64,000 nt of DNA. It comes from an uncultured Spirochaetota bacterium (GTDB lineage Bacteria > Spirochaetota > UBA4802 > UBA5550). How positions within the stretch are numbered: the stretch's first letter is position 1; the number at the start of each line of letters is the position of its first letter. The stretch covers positions 416,001 to 480,000 of the forward strand of contig CAWHAA010000005.1 in the NCBI GenBank assembly GCA_963827275.1, read 5' to 3'. Of the stretch, positions 42,272-52,852 are shown piece by piece. A program made the translations under genes and the position numbers. Under the pieces are notes generated by a model, which was given only the letters and a program-made list of their open reading frames with translations, was not told the DNA's origin and made no database searches.

Positions 42272-43171
42272 TCAAGAAAGCATTGCGCCGATATTGGAAA
42301 TCCTGAACCCGGAATTTACCTTTCCCCTCGGTATCATGTATCTATAATGATATTTTGGATAACCCACCATGATTCCACCGTAAACGCGCCTGGTTTTATC
42401 GATGCCCAATAAAGTGTTGATAGTTTTCGGTTTCTTTAAAGCCGCCGTAATCATATAGCCTGTCCAACAAGTGCCAAGACCCATTGCGGGCGCTAATAAT
42501 TCCATCCCACGTAAAGCAACTGCGCAGTTGATAGCGCCCAAAGGATTGTGCGCCAGATCATGCGCCAGAATCACAGACGGAGCATTCCGAAAGACCGCGC
42601 CTGGTATTTCATTATTTTCACGCCGATGCCGGAAGATATCATGGTAAGACGTGAGCCAGGAAGTAATTTCCGGACCGAATTTCCCAGCAAGGAGGTCGAA
42701 GATAAGGCCTTTTCCCGTGAAAAATTTCAAACCGGCATTCCAGCATATTTCATAAACTGTTTTTTCAATACTTCTGAGTTGTTCAATATCAGTGATGAGC
42801 ATAAATCGGACAGACTGAGTATTGGCCCCTGTTCCTCCGTAAGCGCCGACTTCAATCAGGTTATTCAAAGATTGTTCATCAACGGCCTTATCCTTGTATG
42901 ACCGAATCGACCGCCGCTGAACAATGTATTCCTTGAGTTTATCAGGCGGGATCTCGATCTTGTTTGATTCAATAAAATCCTTACGCGGCAGTTCCCTATG
43001 ATCAATTGCCGCTGCCGGACAAACAGCAACACAATGCCCACAGGACCTGCATTGATCCGGGTAGCGGACAAAGACCCTGGCACTCATTTTCTCCTTCCCA
43101 ATAACGTAATAGGGGCATACATCATAGCAGGCCAGGCAGTTGGTGCATAGATTTTCATTAATCGTTAACAT
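42272..43171 (-). CDS. Nitroreductase family protein with an N-terminal 4Fe-4S dicluster
   Basis: CTNCLACYDVCP, CRSCGHCVAVCP, QRRSIRSY, GLGTCWTG and VGYP motifs; GGAGG RBS. Confidence 0.9.
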   Translation of the reverse strand: MLTINENLCTNCLACYDVCPYYVIGKEKMSARVFVRYPDQCRSCGHCVAVCPAAAIDHRELPRKDFIESNKIEIPPDKLKEYIVQRRSIRSYKDKAVDEQSLNNLIEVGAYGGTGANTQSVRFMLITDIEQLRSIEKTVYEICWNAGLKFFTGKGLIFDLLAGKFGPEITSWLTSYHDIFRHRRENNEIPGAVFRNAPSVILAHDLAHNPLGAINCAVALRGMELLAPAMGLGTCWTGYMITAALKKPKTINTLLGIDKTRRVYGGIMVGYPKYHYRYMIPRGKVNSGFRISNIGAMLS

Positions 43172-43230
43172 GGTTTTTCCTCCTGCGATCGAATTACGTT
43201 CCCAATGGAGCATGCGTCCCTATTCTGACC

Positions 43231-43620
43231 TCAACTTTTCTTTCTGCCCGGCGAGGCCTTGACGATATCAGGTCGTGAGGCTTCGCCAACATTCATGCGT
43301 CCGGCCCATCGCTCGGCCCAGGCGTTGAGCATCAGAATGATTTTACCCAGTGCGATTCCTTCCTCCGTGATGACGTACCCTTCCTTATCACGCTGAGCAA
43401 TGATCCCGGTCTCGCGTAATTCCGACAAACGCGTATTGAGAACCGTAGGGGAGATGTCCCCACAAAGCTTTTGCAGATCCCGGAAGCTGCTGGCTCCGTT
43501 TTGATTGAGTTCCCAGAGGATCCTCAGCGCCCATCGTCTTCCCAGAAGATCGAGCGCCGCCATGATCGGGCGTCCGGTGTTTGAGCTTCCGAGCTTTGCT
43601 CCCGGTTTTGGCGCAGCCAT
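43231..43620 (-). CDS. HxlR-family winged-helix transcriptional regulator
   Basis: PIMAALDLLGRRWALRILWEL...ISPTVLNTRLSEL; GGAGG RBS before MAAPK. Confidence 0.9.
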   Translation of the reverse strand: MAAPKPGAKLGSSNTGRPIMAALDLLGRRWALRILWELNQNGASSFRDLQKLCGDISPTVLNTRLSELRETGIIAQRDKEGYVITEEGIALGKIILMLNAWAERWAGRMNVGEASRPDIVKASPGRKKS

Positions 43621-43653
43621 AGCACCTCCATGAATTGATACTATTTGTGTAGC

Positions 43654-43691
43654 GCTACTATAATAGTAGCATACTGTCATCAATAAGTCAA
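43654..43691 (-). promoter_or_regulatory. Sigma70 promoter of the hxlR-nitroreductase unit with an overlapping palindromic operator
   Basis: Minus strand TTGACT-N17-TACTAT; palindrome GCTACTAT-A-ATAGTAGC (43654-43670) covers the -10. Confidence 0.7.
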
Positions 43692-43809
43692 GCGCGGGAT
43701 ACTATTTTTTAAAATTTCATGCAGGTGCAGAGCAAAAGGTGTGATTGCGGGACAACTGCCGGTGTGGTGTAAATGTTAAAAGCTCTCTGTCCAGTACTCT
43801 TTGTTATGT

Positions 43810-43914
43810 CGCTTTTCTGTACCAAATCATTACATTAAGCAGACAAGTGTCCAATAGTTTAAGTCCCATCTCACCTGCATGCACAGAAAAGGCGGGGTTG
43901 CACGACCCCCGCCT
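43810..43914 (+). repeat. att-like junction 1: 70-nt conserved end including the tRNA-3' core, then a copy of the post-tRNA hairpin
   Basis: 43810-43879 matches 49164-49233 at 60/70 without gaps (last 29 nt identical). 43887-43914 AAAAGGCGGGGTTGCACGACCCCCGCCT matches 41185-41211. Confidence 0.9.
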
Positions 43915-43991
43915 GTATATTTGACCTTACCAACATGTATTCGCACAACTTATTGAACCTTCGCATATCCTGCATTTAGAAAAAATGAAAT

Positions 43992-44009
43992 TTTTAACAA
44001 AATTTTAAC
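43992..44009 (+). promoter_or_regulatory. Putative KdpE/OmpR-family binding site
   Basis: Direct repeat TTTTAAC-AAAA-TTTTAAC with an 11-bp period, upstream of the K+ operon. Confidence 0.45.
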
Positions 44010-44069
44010 GCATAACCGACCCATTCTTACATCACCAAAATAGTCAAATGCTGAAAATAATATTAGTAT

Positions 44070-44441
44070 TTGCATATGGCTATTAGTGAGCACTACTCTG
44101 ATAATAAATTTAGACTATCACATTTTGTGATAACAATTACCATAAGCGGGATAACCGCCAGCGAATATATCTATTATGAAAAAGAAAACATTATACGAGA
44201 GACCACACATCCGACAACAATTGATAAAAATGAGCGATCACTAATAATACAAATGAATTATATGCAAGGTAAAAACATTAGTCTTACATTGGATGATTTT
44301 ATAAACTTTTTCGAAAACCTGCCGGAATGGATCATGACCAGATATTATCAATTATATGATCACCACGATAATAGTAAATATATCAGTAAAATCAATTTAT
44401 TGAGTAAATATTCAACAATGAACATAGAGATGCGTAAATAA
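44070..44441 (+). CDS. Hypothetical protein; 5' end uncertain (possible indels, alternative ATG at 44048)
   Basis: 123-aa ORF in AT-rich DNA ending 1 nt before the ktrB start. Confidence 0.4.
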   Translation: MHMAISEHYSDNKFRLSHFVITITISGITASEYIYYEKENIIRETTHPTTIDKNERSLIIQMNYMQGKNISLTLDDFINFFENLPEWIMTRYYQLYDHHDNSKYISKINLLSKYSTMNIEMRK

Positions 44442-44442
44442 C

Positions 44443-45789
44443 ATGAAGAAAAAGCATGTTACCCATAAAACATCTCCAATAACACTACTATCATCAGGAT
44501 ATGCAATTCTCATAGTGATAAGCGCCGGCATTCTCTCACTACCGTTTTCTTCGACAAAATCTGTTTTTACACCCTATCTTGATTCACTTTTTACCGCGAC
44601 ATCGGCGATTACAACAACCGGATTGATAGTATTTGATACGGGAACATATTATAATATGTTCGGGCAGATTATTATTCTATTATTATTTCAGATTGGTGGT
44701 CTGGGATATATGCTCTTTGTAATTCTGATATTTATTGTCTTTCAACAAAGAATATCCATACAAAGCAATCTCATGCTTCAGGAATCGATTAAAAAACCCC
44801 TCAAGGTAGATATTCTATACTTTTTAAAAATGATTATCCTGTTTACGATATTTATTGAAATTATTGGGGCAATAATTTTATCGCTTCTATTGTATCAATA
44901 TTTTCCCTTAAGCCATTCAATATATTCAGGAATATTTCATTCCATATCCGCTTTTAATACCGCTGGTTTTTCGATTTATCAGGATAGTTTCTGCAAATTC
45001 AGCGATAATATTTCCCTGAATATAGCCATAATTTGCATCAGCACTCTCGGCTCTCTTGGATTTTTTGTACTCTTTGATATTTATAAATATTACATGGAAA
45101 GATCAAAAGGAATAAAGAATATAAAATTATCAGTCCATTCACGGATAATACTTATTTGTACTATAACAATCCTGATAGCGGGGTCATTTCTTGTATTCAT
45201 TATTGAATATTACAGCAACAGTGCTCCGCTCAAATTCAAACTGTTATCCTCATTATTCCAGGTTTCCTCCGCGTCAACAACAACGGGTTTCAATTCAATT
45301 GATATAGGAAAGATGAATGAAAGCACACTGTTTTTAATTGTAATAATGATGTTCATCGGTGCCGGTTCAGGAGGAACAGGCGGAGGAATAAAAATGACCA
45401 CCCTGGTTGTCACGCTATTATCGGTTTATGCCATAATACGGAATAAGAATACCGTGAATATTTTTAAAAGAAGGTTGCCTTTTGAAATCATCAGAAACTC
45501 ATTCGCCATTTTCATATTATCAATATCATGGGTAACACTCATAACATATATTCTATCAATTACGGAAAACAAGGGATTTGTCAGTTTATTATTCGAGACA
45601 GGATCTGCGTTGGGGACTGTAGGATTATCTACCGGTATAACAGCCGATTTAAGCAGCATTGGTAAAGTATTGATTACTCTATCCATGTTTATCGGACGTA
45701 TAGGTCCCCTGGGTATTGGAATATCATTGCTTACAAGCGCCGAAGAACCCGGTTACAAATATTCCACTACTGACGTCTTTATTGGGTGA
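44443..45789 (+). CDS. ktrB: TrkH/KtrB-type K+ transporter membrane subunit
   Basis: Four pore motifs (TSAITTTGL, SAFNTAGFS, STTTGFNSI, SALGTVGLSTG); GGTGGGIK; MFIGRIGP. Confidence 0.9.
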   Translation: MKKKHVTHKTSPITLLSSGYAILIVISAGILSLPFSSTKSVFTPYLDSLFTATSAITTTGLIVFDTGTYYNMFGQIIILLLFQIGGLGYMLFVILIFIVFQQRISIQSNLMLQESIKKPLKVDILYFLKMIILFTIFIEIIGAIILSLLLYQYFPLSHSIYSGIFHSISAFNTAGFSIYQDSFCKFSDNISLNIAIICISTLGSLGFFVLFDIYKYYMERSKGIKNIKLSVHSRIILICTITILIAGSFLVFIIEYYSNSAPLKFKLLSSLFQVSSASTTTGFNSIDIGKMNESTLFLIVIMMFIGAGSGGTGGGIKMTTLVVTLLSVYAIIRNKNTVNIFKRRLPFEIIRNSFAIFILSISWVTLITYILSITENKGFVSLLFETGSALGTVGLSTGITADLSSIGKVLITLSMFIGRIGPLGIGISLLTSAEEPGYKYSTTDVFIG

Positions 45790-45798
45790 GGATTATTC

Positions 45799-46452
45799 AT
45801 GAAACAGTTTTTAATTATTGGACTCGGGAATTTTGGGTATAATCTTGCCTGTGAACTATTTAAAATAGGCAATGAAGTAATCGTCGTTGACAGCAATGAA
45901 ACGCTGATCAATAAGATAAAGGAAAATGTTTCACACGCGATAATCGCAGACGCAAAGCAGGTTGATAATATCAAGGATTTCATCGGCAAAAAAACCGATG
46001 CCGTTATTTTAAACCTGGGCGAATCACTCGAAGAGACCGTTTTGGTAACACTTGCGGTGAAAAACCTTGGGGCAAAAAACATAATCGTGAAAGTGACAAA
46101 CGAGGAACACGGTATGATCGCAAAGAAACTCGGCGCAACGGAAATAATTATCCCGGAAAGGGATTATGCCAAACAAATGTCAAAAAAATTGACAAGCGAG
46201 AATTTACTTGATTATCTTCCTCTGTCGCCTGAATATGGGATCTATGAGATAGCCGTGCCGGATCATTTTACCGGTAAAAGGTTAAATGAATTGAATATTC
46301 GGAAAAAATATAATGTAAATGTAGTCGCGATAAAGGACATATTAAAAGACATTACTATTATCAATCCGGAACCTGATTTTAAATTTATACCGGATATGGT
46401 ACTATATTTATTAGGTAAAAGTGATGATATCATCAATTTGAAAAAAATGTAG
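45799..46452 (+). CDS. ktrA: TrkA/KtrA-type RCK regulatory subunit
   Basis: IIGLGNFG, IIPERD and the RCK_C segment LNELNIRKKYNVNVVAIK. Confidence 0.9.
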   Translation: MKQFLIIGLGNFGYNLACELFKIGNEVIVVDSNETLINKIKENVSHAIIADAKQVDNIKDFIGKKTDAVILNLGESLEETVLVTLAVKNLGAKNIIVKVTNEEHGMIAKKLGATEIIIPERDYAKQMSKKLTSENLLDYLPLSPEYGIYEIAVPDHFTGKRLNELNIRKKYNVNVVAIKDILKDITIINPEPDFKFIPDMVLYLLGKSDDIINLKKM

Positions 46453-46492
46453 CTCCATAGAAAAAAATAATAACATTAAATGGAGTAAATCA

Positions 46493-48436
46493 TTGAAGGC
46501 TTCACCAGGTTTTATAGTTGCCATAAGCCCAAGCCCCTATTCCCAGCATCTGATCAAATGGACGCAGAAAACCGCCGTTGAGCAAAATCTCCCCTGGGTG
46601 GCGGTATATATTCAAACCAGCAAAGAACTTACGAATGAAGAGAATACCCTGCTTAAAAAAAACATACAGCTGGTCAAAGACCTTGGAGGGGAATTATTAT
46701 CGTCAATGGATGACAATGTCCCGCTGGCAATCATGCGCATAGCAAGGCAGCGTACTATTTCACACATAGTAGTAGGTAAACCGCTTGGTTATAAATCTTC
46801 TGGAATAATGAACAAAACGAATATTATTGACACACTAATAAGTATTAGCGGCGAAATTGATATATTTGTCATTTCCGAACAGAGTGTCAGACCGGAAAAG
46901 AGAAAAAGTGTATCTGTTTTTATTCGTAATTTATTATCAGGAAACAAGATTGAATATTTCCATGTTATTTTATGGCTGCTCATCATCATTATAATCAATC
47001 TGTATTTAATCAGATATATAAGCTATCTGTCGGTTGGTTTTATCTTTCTGGCCGCCGTTGCCGTTGTCTCCTCATATTACAAAAAAGGCCCTGTATTATT
47101 ATTCGCCAGTATCAGTGCAGTATTATGGAATTTTTTATTTATCAAACCACGATTTACCATTTATATAGACCATCTCGAAGATCTCTTTATGTTTCTTATG
47201 TATTTTATTACAGCATTTATTATTGGCAATCTTACAACAAAGCTACGCCTCAAAGAAATATTCCTGAGAAAGAGGGAAAAGAATCTTGAAGAACTGTACA
47301 TGATGGGTAAAATTCTCAATGAGTCCAACAATCTGGATGAGATTTTAGATAAATCAACAGCTTTGCTCAGAAATATTTTTAATGCTAAAATTTCGGTATT
47401 TCTAATACCTGATAACGATACTCTTTCATTACTGCCGCGCAGGGGAAACGACTTTACCTTTCCGGAGAATGAACGAGAAGCAATTCTCTATTGTTTTGAA
47501 AACAAAAAACCTTCAGGTAAAAACACCAGTATCATGAGTGGATCGAAATACCATTATATCCCCCTGCACAATCACAGCATTCAGGCGGGCGTTTTGGCCA
47601 TTGATTATAATGACAAAAGCGGATTATCAATTGAACAGGAAAACCTGTTGTTTGCCCTTGTGTCTCAAATAACATCTGCCCTGGAGAGAGACGAGTTTAT
47701 TAAAACACAGCAAAAAATAAAATTAGCGGAAGAATCAGAACGATTATACCAGATATTGCTCAATTCAGTATCGCATGAACTTCGGACGCCCATCACAACA
47801 ATATCAACATCGGCCAATGGCCTGGTAGATGAAAAACTTGCTCAAAATGAGGAGGTACGAAAAATTTTCGCGACCGATATTATTGAATCATCGGACCGTT
47901 TAAATCGAATAGTCGACAATCTTCTTGGTTCATTGCGGATTAAAAGTGAAAAGATTATACTCAATCTTGAATGGTATGATATATCCGAACTGGCGAGTCA
48001 TGTTCAGGGGAAACTTCACAATCTACTTAAGAATCATAATTTTATCGTAAAAATAGACAATTCAATACCCACGTTAAAATTTGATTTCACGCTTATGGAG
48101 CAACTATTGACAAACCTGATTTACAATGCCATACTATATACGCCGCAGGGCAGCGAGATACAATTGAATATTGAGGCGGATCAAAATATGATATACATAT
48201 CAGTTATTGATAATGGACCTGGAATACCCGACGATGAAAAAGATAAAGTATTTCAGAAGTTCTATCGGGTAAAATCAATTAAAAAAGGCGGCCTTGGGCT
48301 TGGACTATCTATTTGCAAAGAAATCGCCGAAATCCACAAGGGCTCAATTAACGTTACGACAGGTTCAGCCGGAGGAGCGCATTTTACTGTCACATTGCCC
48401 CTGCAACAAAGCACTGTACATGGTGAATTACAATGA
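46493..48436 (+). CDS. kdpD: KdpD-like sensor kinase (Usp, 4 TM, GAF, HisKA, HATPase) lacking the N-terminal KdpD domain
   Basis: Begins at the Usp-like IVAISPSPYS; WNFLFIKPRFT, SVSHELRTPIT, DNGPGIP and GLGLGLSIC; TTG start after GGAG. Confidence 0.85.
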   Translation: MKASPGFIVAISPSPYSQHLIKWTQKTAVEQNLPWVAVYIQTSKELTNEENTLLKKNIQLVKDLGGELLSSMDDNVPLAIMRIARQRTISHIVVGKPLGYKSSGIMNKTNIIDTLISISGEIDIFVISEQSVRPEKRKSVSVFIRNLLSGNKIEYFHVILWLLIIIIINLYLIRYISYLSVGFIFLAAVAVVSSYYKKGPVLLFASISAVLWNFLFIKPRFTIYIDHLEDLFMFLMYFITAFIIGNLTTKLRLKEIFLRKREKNLEELYMMGKILNESNNLDEILDKSTALLRNIFNAKISVFLIPDNDTLSLLPRRGNDFTFPENEREAILYCFENKKPSGKNTSIMSGSKYHYIPLHNHSIQAGVLAIDYNDKSGLSIEQENLLFALVSQITSALERDEFIKTQQKIKLAEESERLYQILLNSVSHELRTPITTISTSANGLVDEKLAQNEEVRKIFATDIIESSDRLNRIVDNLLGSLRIKSEKIILNLEWYDISELASHVQGKLHNLLKNHNFIVKIDNSIPTLKFDFTLMEQLLTNLIYNAILYTPQGSEIQLNIEADQNMIYISVIDNGPGIPDDEKDKVFQKFYRVKSIKKGGLGLGLSICKEIAEIHKGSINVTTGSAGGAHFTVTLPLQQSTVHGELQ

Positions 48437-49125
48437 AAGAAGGCGGTCTCATTCTTGTTGTTGACGACGAAACTCAAATCCGGAGATTTTTAAAAATCAG
48501 CCTGGAATCAAATGGTTATAAAGTTATTGAAGCTGACACCGGTGAAGAAGGAATAACCCAAACCGCCACAATTACTCCTGATATAATAATACTCGATCTC
48601 GGCCTGCCTGACATGGATGGACTTGATTTTGTAAAAAGAGTCCGGGAGTGGAGCACCATTCCAATTATAATATTAACGGTGAAGGATTCAGAAAAAGACA
48701 AAGTGATTCTTCTTGATAACGGCGCTGACGATTATCTGACCAAACCATTCAGCCTGAATGAACTTATGGCAAGAATACGGGTCGCATTCAGGCACAAACA
48801 CTCTGACAAGGGCACTCAGGTTTTCAAATCGGGAAAAATATCTATCGATTTTGATAAACGCATCGTAAAGGTAAATGATGAAAAGATAAAACTTACCCCG
48901 AAGGAATATGCTGTTTTAACCCTGCTTGCGAGAAACGCCGGTAAAGTTCTGACCCAGAATTATATACTTAAAGAATTATGGGGACCGTATTATCAAGAAG
49001 AATCACAATATTTAAGAATCTATATAATGCAAATCAGAAAGAAAATTGAAGATAATCCAAGTAATCCGACAATTATCATAACTGAACCGGGGATTGGTTA
49101 TAGATTTGTTGCTGACTATGATTGA
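48433..49125 (+). CDS. kdpE: KdpE-like OmpR-family response regulator
   Basis: VVDDETQIRRFL, LDLGLPDMDG, GADDYLTKPF, YLRIYIMQIRKKIE and TEPGIGYRF motifs. Confidence 0.9.
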   Translation: MKEGGLILVVDDETQIRRFLKISLESNGYKVIEADTGEEGITQTATITPDIIILDLGLPDMDGLDFVKRVREWSTIPIIILTVKDSEKDKVILLDNGADDYLTKPFSLNELMARIRVAFRHKHSDKGTQVFKSGKISIDFDKRIVKVNDEKIKLTPKEYAVLTLLARNAGKVLTQNYILKELWGPYYQEESQYLRIYIMQIRKKIEDNPSNPTIIITEPGIGYRFVADYD

Positions 49126-49163
49126 TTTCATCATTTGGATAATCAGCAAACTCAATATCAAGC

Positions 49164-49233
49164 CGCTTTCCTGTACCAGATAATGACATTCAGCAACGAA
49201 ATGCCCAATAGTTTAAGTCCCATCTCACCTGCA
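49164..49233 (+). repeat. att-like junction 2
   Basis: Second copy of the 70-nt end, finishing with CCAATAGTTTAAGTCCCATCTCACCTGCA. Confidence 0.9.
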
Positions 49234-49241
49234 GACGAAAC

Positions 49242-49267
49242 CAGGAGGCGGGAGTTCCCGCCTCCTG
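49242..49267. terminator. Hairpin after junction 2, also downstream of katG
   Basis: CAGGAGGCGGGA-GT-TCCCGCCTCCTG. Confidence 0.7.
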
Positions 49268-49299
49268 TCATTTTCAGAAAGATTGTCGACCCGCGCATG

Positions 49300-51489
<2,190 letters not shown>

Positions 51490-51960
51490 TTATTCCTTTA
51501 CCTGCGTTGTCAAAAAAACCTGGATCGACATCTGTTCTATCTGGCTCTGCAGCTCCTCGATGCCGTCCATGTGCGCGTCTTCGTCATTCAGTATCTGCTG
51601 GAGAAAATCGCGGGTCGCGAAATCCTTTACCTCGCCGGCAAGAATGATGGCCTCATTATATGCTTTTATGGCCCCCTCCTCAGCGGCGTGGTCGTTGGCC
51701 AGCTGCTTGTCCACCTTGTCCCCGATCATGATCTTGTTCAGCAGGCTGACCGTCGGCGTGCCTTCAAGGAACAGGATGCGGCCGATGAGCTTCTCCGCGT
51801 GCTTCATCTCGTCGATGGCGCGCTTCTCGAAATGCTTGTGGAGCTTTTCGTACCCCCAGTCGTCGCACATCTCCGAATGGACCATGTACTGGTTGATCGC
51901 CGTCAGCTCGTCAGCCAGCAGCGTATTGAGAGTAGTTAATAATTTTTCGTTGCCTTTCAT
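51490..51960 (-). CDS. bfr: Bacterioferritin
   Basis: MKG...ELTAINQY, IDEMKHA, RILFLEG and DEDAHMD; GGGAGGGAG RBS. Confidence 0.92.
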   Translation of the reverse strand: MKGNEKLLTTLNTLLADELTAINQYMVHSEMCDDWGYEKLHKHFEKRAIDEMKHAEKLIGRILFLEGTPTVSLLNKIMIGDKVDKQLANDHAAEEGAIKAYNEAIILAGEVKDFATRDFLQQILNDEDAHMDGIEELQSQIEQMSIQVFLTTQVKE

Positions 51961-52019
51961 CACTCCCTCCCATTGATTGGTTTTAATTATAATAAGTCCG
52001 GATGGCCGTCGCCGAATGG

Positions 52020-52418
52020 TCAGCCTTTTTTTCTCTTCATGCATTTATCGCACGTGCCGTGAAATTGGATCGTATGGCCCGAAATGCTGTGCCGCGACAT
52101 TCCACGGGCCTTTTTCATTATGATATCCAGGGGCTGCATGGGAAAATCGGTCACGGTTTTACAGGTGTCACATATAAAGTGATAATGCAATCCCGGGATG
52201 GCATCGTAATGCTCAATACCGTCGTTGAACTCCCTGCGGGTTACGCGCCCCTCCTCAACCAGAATGTTGATATTGCGATACACGTTGCCGAGGCTGATGG
52301 ACGGCATCTCCTTTTTCAGGGCCTCGTATACGCTGCGCGCGGTCGGATGGTCCATCCGGGACCGTATGAACTCATAGATCCTTTCGCGCTGTATGCTTTT
52401 GCGACGGACGGATTTCAT
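52020..52418 (-). CDS. Fur/PerR-family transcriptional repressor
   Basis: DHPTA, SISLGNVYRN, HYHFICDTC and FHGTCDKC motifs. Confidence 0.9.
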   Translation of the reverse strand: MKSVRRKSIQRERIYEFIRSRMDHPTARSVYEALKKEMPSISLGNVYRNINILVEEGRVTRREFNDGIEHYDAIPGLHYHFICDTCKTVTDFPMQPLDIIMKKARGMSRHSISGHTIQFHGTCDKCMKRKKG

Positions 52419-52420
52419 AT

Positions 52421-52464
52421 TAATAATGATTCTTAATATTAAGAAATTTAATATTAAATGTCAA
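52421..52464 (-). promoter_or_regulatory. Sigma70 promoter with a Per/Fur-box-like site
   Basis: Minus strand TTGACA-N17-TAATAT; 7-1-7 repeat TAAGAAT-C-ATTATTA (52421-52435); palindrome TTCTTAATATTAAGAA (52430-52445). Confidence 0.7.
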
Positions 52465-52852
52465 TTGAATCAGGAAAAAAAATACCCGGCGTCTGTTTTT
52501 TTATTTGAAATTATGACCTGCATTAAAATCTTATCAATTGATATTGTGGTGCCTATAAAAATAGATATTATTTAATCATGTAACAATTGTTTTTGATTTT
52601 TCAGCTGTTAATCTTTGATTATAGTAGCACCTGATAAATGCGCAGTTTTCAATATTGGCCAATGAAATTTAAGGCCTCCGCCCGGTGCCGGCAAAGATGC
52701 GGTATTTTCCTCAAATTCTTCATCAAACGTGTCCCGAGATAATGAAATCACACATTGCCATTTCCCAGATATAAAAAATAATCAGATGAACAACTATGAT
52801 CTTCGGGTGCATTTACAAATTTATCAGAGTCTATTTTAATTCTTATTTCATA

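Larger units (their letters stand above)
41164..43879. mobile_element. tRNA-Trp-integrated module 1 (2707 bp core to core; no integrase)
   Basis: Bounded by the direct repeat TCACCTGCATGC (41164 and 43871); AT-rich compared with the flanks; cargo is a TA pair, a nitroreductase and HxlR. Confidence 0.7.
43871..49233. mobile_element. tRNA-Trp-integrated module 2 (5354 bp core to core; no integrase), carrying K+ transport and a two-component system
   Basis: Bounded by TCACCTGCA at 43871 and 49225; strongly AT-rich, and GC content returns to host-like values right after 49233. Confidence 0.72.

Noticed and set aside
43718..43727. Inverted copy of the att core (CATGCAGGTG)
   Set aside because: Only 10 bp, with no counterpart seen in module 2, so an inversion site is not supported.
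43805..43879. Extra or pseudo-tRNA genes at the att-like junctions
   Set aside because: Only the last ~23 nt resemble the tRNA; the upstream part cannot form acceptor, D or anticodon arms.
52511..52522. TGACCTGCA as a fourth att core (TTATGACCTG also occurs at 61931)
   Set aside because: One mismatch to the core, and it has neither the 70-nt end nor the hairpin, so chance is likely.
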